Source: Eledone cirrhosa (taxonomy: Eukaryota). Taken from it: DNA of 64,000 bases. A program made the position numbers and the translations under genes. The notes under the pieces are model-generated. The model was not told where the DNA came from. It searched no databases and saw nothing but the letters and a program-made list of their open reading frames with translations. Shown piece by piece: positions 53,347 to 64,000 of this stretch. The number at the start of each line of letters is the position of its first letter. Positions within the stretch are counted from its first letter, which is position 1. Location of the stretch: assembly GCA_964016885.1 (NCBI GenBank), contig OZ024742.1, positions 271,188,001 to 271,252,000 of the forward strand. The letters run 5' to 3'.

Positions 53347-53844
53347 TAAGGGTTGGGGGAAGAACGGGGTTGCATGTTCAGGAAGAGGTGTGTGTGTGTG
53401 TGTGTGGGGGGGTGCTTGTGCGTGTGTGGATAGAGTGGTGGGGGGAGAGGAATCAGGAGGCTGAGCGTGTAAATATGTGGTGGAAAGCACGTGTGTGTGG
53501 GGTTTAAGCGTGTTGTGGGTGTAGGTGCCGTGTGGAGAAAAAAATTGTTTGGGGGTGTGTGTGTGGGTGAGTTATATAGGTGATTACGTAAGAGGATGGT
53601 TGAAAAGTAGGTAAATTCCAAAGGTGTTTAGTGGATTCTGGGTTGGTCAATTTCTGCTTGCGGGTATTCCATGAAGCGATGGTCGGAAGAGGAGAGATGT
53701 GGGGTGCGCGCGCAACAGGAAGTGGTCAAGCAGTGGGAGTGCTGTGTGTCTGTTTGTGCTGGGAGGTGGTCAGAGGGCATAGCAGCAGTCGGTGGAATGG
53801 TAAAGGGGCGAGGATGGGTAGGTGAGCAAGTTGGAGTGAGGAGG

Positions 53845-53875
<31 letters not shown>

Positions 53876-54864
53876 TAAGGGTTGGGGGAAGAACGGGGTT
53901 GCATGTGCAGGAAGAGGTGTGTGTGTGTGTGGGGGGGGGGTGCTTGTGCGTGTGTGGATAGAGTGGTGTGGGTGGAGCGGGTAGAGGTGTTAGTGGGATG
54001 AGTGAGTGTGGAGAGAGGGTGTGGGTGGAGCGGGGAGAGAAGGGTGTGTGTGGTTCTATGGAGCGAGTGTGGTGTACTGGTGTGTGTGTAGTTTGATGAA
54101 GGGGTGTTAGTGGGTGTTAGTATACGGGAGGTGGGGGGGGGGGGTTGAATACAGGTGTGAGTGGGGGTTAGTGGTGGTGGGGTGTGTAGAGTTGGTGGTG
54201 TACGAGGGTGTGTGGGTATATATATATAGTTAAAAGAATAGAGGTGTAACACACAAGTTATTATATATTGGTAAACGGAATAGAAAATGCTGACAAATTG
54301 TTCACAGTTGAAAAATGGTTTAATTAGGAATAAAAGAGTATTAGTGATTGTATGGGTTAGTATTCAGTTGTGGTTTTAAGTTTTTAAGTTTTTACCGGTT
54401 GCGCATTTCTAAATGCTTTTCAAAAATAATTTTGAGATAGAGTATCCGTGCTGTTTGCTCTGATCTGATTAGTTTTGGGAATTCTACCTGTTTTTATGTT
54501 AAAAAAGTGGCTCCAGCGTTACTTTGGTGTTGCAAAAATTCTTGTGGTCAAAACAATTTTGATTGGTCGGTAGAGGTCATGTGAATGTAAAAAATTGATT
54601 TTGCGCCAAGACTGTTTTTATGTTAAAAAAGTGGCTCCAGCACTACTTGGTGCTTGCAAAAATTCTTGTGGTCAAAACAATTTTGATTGGTCGGTAGAGT
54701 TCATGTGAATAAACAATTGGTTTTGCACCAAGATTGAGAAATGACTCTTTCACAACAAATATGTGTGGGTGTGTGTGTGTGTGTGTGTGTAGTAGTAGTA
54801 AGGTGTTCGATGTTGTGATAATTGTTAGCAGGGATGTGTTTCAAATGGCTATTAAGATAAGTGT

Positions 54865-54937
<73 letters not shown>

Positions 54938-55069
54938 TGTGTGTGTGTGTGTGTGTATAGCAGAGTAATTCGTGGTAGCAGGGATGGTCAGTAAGAATGT
55001 GTCTGAAAGCAATGGGGGGTATTTTAGCATGTCAAAAGATATTTTTCAGCTTATGTCTTATACGGAGAA

Positions 55070-55104
<35 letters not shown>

Positions 55105-55389
55105 AGTCTCTTTATATGTTAATGTACGCGTGTGTATGTAACGCTGGAGCCATTTTTTTAAACATAAAAACAGGTAGAATTCCCAAAACTAATCAGATCA
55201 GAGCAAACAGCACGGACACTCTATCTCAAAATTAATTTTGAAAGGCATTTAGAAATGCGCAACCGATAAAAACTTAAAAACTTAAAACCACAACTGAATA
55301 CTATCCCATACAATCACTAATACTCTTTTATTCCTAATTAAACCATTTTTCAACTGTGAACAATTTGTCAGCATTTTCTATTCCGTTTA

Positions 55390-55395
<6 letters not shown>
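52825..55395 (-). mobile_element. Non-coding copy of the same Neptune-like family (long 3' UTR, minimal HHR 52912-52943, 5' inversion 55141-55395)
   Basis: 54222-55138 closely matches 49800-50605. The minus strand has AC-CTGAGGA-AAGGC(TTAT)GCCC-GAAACGTC-GT. Confidence 0.8.
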
Positions 55396-55429
<34 letters not shown>

Positions 55430-55599
55430 AATAAAATACAAAGTTACAAACTCATATTGATACCCTGCAATTAACGAGCTCAAAGTATAAATACTGAGCT
55501 TTATGTAATAATATATGTAGAAATAAACACAGAAAATTGTGTGTCTAAAATTCCAGGGAAAAACAGATTAAATCTCTAATCTGTCCGAGAGATGAAATA

Positions 55600-57070
55600 G
55601 TAATTGAGACGGTTGGGTTTTCAATCTTCAGTCTGCGAAATTCCGGGACGGTGTCGTGTGTTGCTTACTCGAGAATTCCAGCAGAAGCAGGAGAGTGTAA
55701 CAACAGATGTTCGTTTCTGGCTGAATAACGTTATAAAGGTAGTGCATCCCTACTCTGCTCTCTGTCGGAATTTAATATAGGCGAACATATATAGTTTACA
55801 GTCCTATGTACATCGGATGATTAGCCTTATTTGCATATTGTGCTATCGACCGGCAGGAGCTGACTATAGATTTAACGTTTTAGCTCCGACATAGCTATAT
55901 ACATATAACTATATGTATTTTGTATATATAATGATATGCGGTATATTTACGGATGAACATTTGAAAGCCTATTGTATGAATTTTGGAAGCTGATGGCTAG
56001 CATCCCTCTATTTTCTGCTAGAATGCGCTAGCTGTCAAAACTGTATATTTTCGCCTATATTAAATACAGTAAGAGAGCATCTTCTGGGTGCACTAATTGA
56101 ATAACTGACATCAGACGAACGATCAGCGATAGTAACTCTCTCCTACTTCAGCTTGAATTCGCTAGATGGCGCTTTTAAATGTTTATAAATGTAGCGTATA
56201 TCATTAGATATACGAAATTCACATAGTTATATGTATGCAGCTAACTTGGAGGGAAAATCTTAATTGTACTTTACATTTCATACCGCTTATTCAGTTCACA
56301 TGCAAATGAGGCTAATAAACAAATCTAGATAGTCGAAAAATAAATATAATTTAGTCTGTCCCAAATTAGAGCATAGAACAGGATAAGCAATTATCCGATG
56401 ATGGTTAGAGCTAGAAACGCATTGGCAGTTGACTCCGGTACTTATGTTGGAATCCGCTAAACGGCGTCAGGCAGCAGCTTTTCAATATTCATAGCTAAAA
56501 AGTTATCCAAATGTTTATTTTTAAAGATACCGTATATCTTTTGATATATATGTATATAAATGTAATCTGAGTTTTTCGAGTATTAATAATAATATTCGAT
56601 TCGTTTGCAAACATGCAAACAACCTATTTTATAAGCCATGTCAGTAGAATGAGTCCCTCATTCTCGCTCTTGTGTTGGCCTGCAAACAAAACTGCAGAGA
56701 CTAATGTTTCTGGGTGATAACACTTCATCAGTGCATTTTAATGCATACATGCCAACTGTCAAAGCTAGTGCAAATAAATGATATCTGAAATATTCAGTGA
56801 CATATCAGCCTGCTTTGCATATTAGCAGACTCGCTGACCAGTCAGATATGCATATTAGCAGATCCACTGATAAGCCAGATTTGCATATCAGTAGAAAAGC
56901 CAGTGAGTTTCATGAACACGAGCCATTAATGGCCGGCTTCGGCATATTCAAATGATTAACAACTAGTTATCGTTCTACATGGTTGAATACAATAAATATA
57001 ATCTGAGTTTTTCGAATATTAATAATAATATTCTATTCGTTTGCACCTATGCAAACAGCCTCTTTTATAT
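55600..57070. repeat. Cluster of old, diverged octamer/HHR repeat units (retrozyme relics)
   Basis: There are degenerate ~290-bp units in both orientations and a 70-bp direct repeat (56563-56630 / 56999-57068). HHR motifs lie at 56693-56735 (-) and ~56388-56425 (+). Confidence 0.6.
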
Positions 57071-57073
57071 GGC

Positions 57074-57123
<50 letters not shown>

Positions 57124-57875
57124 TTAATATAGATGAGATGCTAGAGGACTAAAACTGTTTCAATCTTTAGAAATCATCAGGAATCTGGCTATCCAAAAAT
57201 AAATGTGGTATTTATAGGTCTTTTCAGGTGGTAGGAGAGGGTGGGGAGTGGGATGGGTAGAGGTCATTGGTTGATAGAAATGGGAATTCATTAAAGGCTA
57301 ATTCTTTAAAGCTATAATTTATATTTAGAGTGACAAAAGCAGAAAGAATTCTATAAACAAGTTCAGAATGCAGTGCCACTCCTCATTTATATATATATAT
57401 AGAGAGAGAGAGAGTAAGACTCAGGACCCTGACTCTTTTCCTATTACCCACTCTACTTCTCTAAGTATCGAGTTTTTTGGTGCGTTATGGTCCACCTGGT
57501 AACTTATCACAGCTTCTTTGTTATATATATATAGTTCCACAACAGTTACTTCACCATTACCGGGAACAAGGTTTCACCCTATTCGGATCATACGTGGTTC
57601 ACGAGCTTAGTGGACGATCGTTTATTCGGATATCTGAAGGTCGGTAGATGATTCAGGAAGCATCCTTTAAACCGGCTCTCCGTCATACTTACATAGGATC
57701 TGAATTCTTGTTGTTGGCGTTAGTAGGGGAGTAAGCAATTGGTTGCGAGAAGCAGCTGTTAGCTAACGCTGCGTTGTAGTATGGCGCAGCTCTGTCAGTA
57801 ATTATGTGTATATGTGTGAGTGTGTGTGTGTGTGTGCGCGCACGCGTGTGTATGTATACATATGTATATATATAC

Positions 57876-57910
<35 letters not shown>

Positions 57911-58209
57911 ATTGGAAATCAGTAAAATCGAATCTCTGGCGGTTTGCAAGTGCATTCGGCCTACTTATATGAAATGATGAGTTAGCAAAGCACTCGATAA
58001 GATAGGTCCTTAGAGTAATAACATACGTTTAAATAGCTTGACTATATATATATAGTAATAATAATAAATTTGAAGACTAAAATCCAAAGAGGGCTCGATA
58101 AGGATAAATATATATCAAATATATAAGAACCGTAGAGCCAATATTTATTAAAATAACAAGAGTGAAAGCAGCGATTATTTGCTTAAACTTTAATCTGTTA
58201 TTTTAATAA

Positions 58210-58247
<38 letters not shown>

Positions 58248-59933
58248 GTCCATATTCCTGGGTGAGCGCAGATTAAAATCCAAGACTCACTAAATAAATA
58301 AGGCATATCTCACCTTCAAATCACATTGGGAGATCTTGATTTTAATATCCATTCCACTTATACACTAAGATAGAGGCAGACAAGAGCACACTAGTCCCTT
58401 TCCTAAAGCGTTCTTAGGTGGACATAGAACATTTACATATACATATGGCGGGATAAGACCAGCCGATTAGATAGCTATAAGATATGCACACATCTATTAC
58501 TCACAGCTTAAGCATGAGGCATATGTATAAAGGCCGCGCAATTACTCTACTGCAGCAATGGCACGCCTGATATATATAGAGTAAAGTTGTACTATTATTC
58601 ACACACACATTACACCCGTACGTAAGCACCATAATAAAAACTATAGTGCTAGCAATGTTAAAGAAAGCTACAAGTCTGCATTCAATGCTATTACTTCCTT
58701 TTGCTAAAGTGTTGCGATGACTTTGCTATACCTGATACAAATTCACGTTCAGGCATTTCTTCAATAAAATAGGAATCCATAATACTATAGATTCTTAGCT
58801 AACTTATGATAAAACGAGAACCAAAATAACTAGAACTATATTTATGATTAATGGTAGATTTATTGGTGTTCGAAATAAGTAAAACAGCGTAAACATTTCT
58901 AGTTATCAATTCCAAATTGATAACTAGAAATGTTTACGATGATGGGATACAGTAATAAATCATGAATGCTTAGCCTTTTAGCAAATCGTAATTAAAAGAC
59001 AAATAAGCAAACACTTAAATACACTACGCTACTTCGTTTGATTTAAATACGCTGAAATTAAATTTCTCTCTTTTTTCTTTGCTTTTTTTTTAACCTAATA
59101 TAGCCAAGTACAATATCATTTTTACAGATCAGAAATGTTTGATAAGTTAGAGTTATCTCTTAAACGTGCGTTTGCCCTACTAGCTAGCTTAACATCTTCA
59201 GGTCGATAGGTCTAGACACGCATTTTCTCCTGGCTTTCATTCTGTCTATTCCTTTTCCTTACCGGCATGAGTGATACAATACTAGATAATTGAAGACATT
59301 TATCGGGATAAAGTAGGACTTAAACACCTATTTTTACGATGTACATTTGAACAAATTTAAACCCCCTACCCAATCAATCATCGATCCCGAAAAAAACCCA
59401 AAAAAAAACGAGAGAACTTTAAAGATTATTTTTTTTGCATAGACTGTTTCCCCATATATGGATTATATAACCCTAGGGAGATCAGCTGTGTGTGTGTGTG
59501 TGTGTGTGCGTGAGATTGTGGGTGTGACTGTGTTGTGCCGCCTGTAAATAAGCTGCACATGTCTATATTTGTAATGCCACGTATCTCCGTCTATGTATGG
59601 CAGTCCAATCTACATTATAACAGAGTTTTCCAATTATCCACCTTTGTGCCATAATGTACAATGTTCTTGTTACATAGTTTCTAGAGTCAAGCCGACAATT
59701 TTTATAATCTTTCATATCAGATTGATTCAAATAGTGTTTCTTCCAATTTCCTCTATCTCACACAATACATTATTCTCACTCTCTCTTCACACACACACAA
59801 ACATACATATACACACATATATATACACACATAAAGACACACACACACATATATATATACATATATAACGGGGGAAGGGGTTTGCATGTGTATGTATGAA
59901 TAAAGAAATAAATATACATATATATACATATAC

Positions 59934-60225
<292 letters not shown>

Positions 60226-62539
60226 TATTTATTAGTTGTTACTTTAACGCGGAGAAACTTCTTGGAAAACCAAGAATGTTTGCATTAATATTGTCTATCT
60301 TCCCTAACATGTTCTGACAAAATATATCAAACAAGGTTACAACGAACAAAGATAGTGTCCAAAAATATTAGACATGACATTCAGACTTTCCTCTTACAAA
60401 AAGACAATATCTCGTAATAAACTCACAATATCATTGGTGATATCAACTGAAGCATTTCGCACAAACAATTGTCTCTGCTCAGTGAAACATACGAAAGGGA
60501 ATATGTCTTAAGATAAGTGCAGACAGCCTTCAAAGAACGTACGCCGTTACTCATACCATATCTGCTGAAGAACCGTAGCAAAAAAAAAAAAAAAAAAAAA
60601 AATACAATAACTGAGTATTCAAGCTCGGAGTGAAAAATACCTTACAGGTTAAGCATCCAATTCCTGAAGAAATAAGCACTTGATGAAGATATCCCAGTGC
60701 ATAGCCAGGAATGCTGGACTAGAATACCTCAAAAAAGTATTTGGGCAAAACCAATGGGAACAAAAAACAAATATTGTTTCACGTAAATGTCAATGAATAT
60801 CATCAAAGTGTTGCTTCCCAATGTAACGGGATGATGCGAGCATGAATATATACATCTGCATGCATGTGTGCATGCATTCTTACCTGGCAGTGGATTTGTG
60901 AGTCTATCTCACTATATATATTTCTTAGTGTTAATCTTTTTACAATTTGATTTCAAAATGTTTCTGACACTTAATTGCAGCTATTTTTGTGTAGACGAAA
61001 TATAAATACATCAATGATTTAAGTATTATTAATTAACTACGTTAAAACATTTCAACCTAACAAAGCACAAAGCAATTAGTTGTATTTTTTGTCATTAAAA
61101 TGTCAGTGGTTGCCTGTCAATTCAAAAGATAAACAACTTTAAATGTTTATAAACAGTGTCGCATTAATTCAACTTTCACTTCTTAAAACCTGTTTATTCT
61201 ACTAACCACAACTATGACCTTTGTAGATAAATGTTCGGAATTATTTGGTACATTACTATAAGTAAAATAGTTTTAGGCGATTAGTATTTGACTGTCAAAA
61301 GGATGGGACTAAAACTTATGACACATAATAATGCTTTTAGAAATATGTAACAATAAACGGAATACATATTGTAATTAAAAGTTCTATTTTATAACATGGT
61401 ATTGAAGCTTCCTTGTATACACAATATTGTTTTGGTTGAAAGCTACCAAAATGTGATTTGTTAAAATCAGATAACAATGATTTAGGGATGTTAACTTGTG
61501 GCTCTTTATATGTTCTTATATTTCGGGATAAAATCCCTCCATTCAAAAGTAATAGAATATACTAATCCGGTGCTGTGCATATGTACGTGTCTTGGAGTGG
61601 CTTTAAAAAATATTAAAGTAGTGTTTTTTCTTGCACGCTGGCAATACTGTGTGTATCTCTGTGCGTGTGTGTATGTGTGGGTGTGTTATTGTACGTGTGT
61701 GTGCACGTGTTTGTGTTAGTGTGCGTGTGTGTATGTGTATATGTGTGTATAACTGTATGTTTATATGTCCCTGTACATATGCGTGCATGCATCTGTAAGT
61801 ATGTATGAAGGCGTATTAAAGCCGTGTCTGCAAGATAGATACCAATATATGCTTCAAATACCCATCTGAGTAACTCATTGTATCGTCGAATCTACTACGT
61901 TATATGAATCATTGTACTCATACGGCTGTGTATTTCTAAGATCGTCTATATATTGCCATTTGAAATCTGTTTGTATGTGGATACGTTTGGCAGTATACCT
62001 GTCTGTGTGTGTGTGATTTGATCCTTACATGCTTGTGTTTAAGCTGATTTTACTTGTGTAAATCTTACAAAAAAGGTATATGGTGTTATTTCAGGTAAGT
62101 TACTCTACATTCACCAAACCTTGAACAACAAGAAATATAGTGCTTAGTTGTTTAATTTGGATAAAATAGATCTTAATTCTCTCAATACAACCCAACTCTC
62201 AATTACAAAAGTAGATACTAGTTGACCACACTAAACGACTATCTTATTTTTGACCCCACAAACCATCGCATTCGGCTAGTATATGTTAATTGATGCATGC
62301 AAAAGTTCCATCACCCTATCATATACCTACTATAATTACGACATTTATATGCTGTCTATTTCCGTTATTACTATTATTATTAATGGCAGTAGCATCACAG
62401 CTACTATTTTTGTTATCTTAATTAATATTATTGTTATTATTTATATTTTCTTAGACAGCTTTTAAATGATTTCAACTTCTATATCTCTTAATTTACGCAT
62501 CCACCTTTCTTCTATTCCCTCACTCCCTGGCACACATGA

Positions 62540-64000
62540 ATTGAGTTTGGTTTTTCAGATCGGGAGATCTGAAAAGGTACAGAGAGGTGCCCATTAAATT
62601 TGACCAGCGAGCAGTTGCCGCTGTGCATTGCAGCGATCCGGTTTCTGGAGACTGCGCCGAAGCCAACAGCCTTCAAGACAGCCTCCATGTACCGATGGTC
62701 GACCCAATCGAAACCATTCGATTGATCTAAACTGATTAGAACCCTAACAAGGACAGGTTTACACCATACCCTCTCTATGATGTATCGTATGAGGTGGAGG
62801 TTGTCGTGTATGGACCTTGTCGGGATTGCGCAAGTTTGCGCCTCCCCAACAAAATCCTCGACGATAAGTGCCAACCTCTTCGCTAACACTTTGGCCAAAA
62901 TCTTAAACTCTGTGTTGAGCAGAGTTATTGGCCATTATTAGCTAATGTGTCCCTCTTGTTCTCGTCATTCTTTATCAGCGTTACTACGCCCTGGTTCACA
63001 GAACTGTGAATACTCTCGTTCTGCTGCCAATTAGAGTAGAGCGCTTCGCTGATATCGGAGAACAGGTCTGGCATATTTACGTAAAGCTCGTAAGGCAGAC
63101 CATCCAAACCGGGTAATTTGCGCCTTGTGCAGCCGACAAGGGCGTCCTGTATTTCGGCTGAAATTATCGGCCTTTCGCAGTGCTCAGAGTCGGCCGTCGA
63201 GAGTTGCGGTATGTCATCGCGGTAGGGACTGAAGTCCGCCACCGTCTCTGACCCACCACTCTCCCCGAAGAATCGAGCAAAATGCTGGCGAAAGGCCTCG
63301 CAGACCCACCTGGAATCGCTCAGCTCGTGTCCGTCTCGGTTCGTCAAAGGCCGAATTGTGTTTTATCACCAAGCTGCGCCTCTGCCACGTGGGTTCATGG
63401 AAAAACAATGGTTCCCTCGTTTCTCAGAGGCCGCGCCTTAGCTCTGACAATGCAACATTCGTGTTTCGCATTGAAGAAATGATCTAATGCCATTCTCGCC
63501 GCTAGCACGTCAGTTGCAATGCCACTACAAATAGCCTCGTCTAACTTATCTACCAGCTTCCCCTCCATTCTATTTTTCTCTAACCCTACTTCTTTGCTAA
63601 ACTCTATCGATATTACTCTAATCTCTCTTTAGAGAGTCCCGACCATCTGTCGTTGACGACACCCCCTGTCAACTATTGCTTAACTAAATTGTTGACCCGG
63701 TCCCTGTAAGCTTTACGTGCCGAAAAGGACATGACCATCTTCTAGTAACCAGGTCCTAAGCTACGCGTCTTATCTAGATCGACAATACATATCACACACT
63801 TGTGGTGTGAATAGGCGACCCTATGTAATTGTGCACACCCTATAATATTTTGATCCACTAATCTAATTAGAAACATATCTAAGTACGATCTAGATGTCCT
63901 TAAACGGTTTGTCCAGGTCCACACTGGCGCATTAGGGAAATCTAGTCGCTACCTGTCAGACAGTTGGAACTGGTTGATCAAGTACTTGAGGCATTATCCT
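62540..64000 (-). mobile_element. Decayed L1/Tx1-clade LINE ORF2 (APE C-terminus + RT)
   Basis: WTWTN..SYLD..YSHHK (APE), KLPGLDGLPYELY, ITLLNTEFKILAKVLAKRL, QTCAIPTRSIHDNLHLIR and SLDQSNGFDWVDH. Confidence 0.88.

Noticed and set aside
60879-60982. CTTACCTGGCAG as U1 snRNA 5' end or as a minus-strand exon donor
   Set aside because: No further U1 similarity, and the candidate 97-nt exon has stops in all three frames.
61337-61546. 69-aa ORF as host exon
   Set aside because: No recognisable domain or clear splice signals.

Overview
AT-rich, microsatellite-dense eukaryotic intergenic or intronic DNA. The SINE sequences point to an octopus-type cephalopod. No host protein-coding gene could be supported. 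The window is almost entirely retroelement-derived: several Penelope-like elements (PLEs: RT + GIY-YIG, one with an open reading frame of about 530 codons), fragments of CRE-, RTE- and L1/Tx1-like LINEs, a decayed mariner, tRNA-derived SINEs and Helitron-like ends. The main hidden signal is RNA structure. By eye I find about 35 type I hammerhead ribozyme (HHR) motifs in about 10 sequence families. The centrepiece is a near-perfect 466-bp tandem array (20.9-26.8 kb) with 12 intact HHRs. A diverged sister family (~458 bp) conserves the fold by compensatory changes, and older relatives lie at 55.6-57.1 kb. These units share one architecture: octamer ATGCAAAT-led upstream block, HHR inside a long extended helix I, then a terminal hairpin and T-tract. 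They are inserted into (TA)n with 5' inversions. This looks like a cephalopod retrozyme (circular-RNA, PLE-mobilised) system with a built-in snRNA-type promoter. All structures were paired by hand, and activity is inferred rather than shown.
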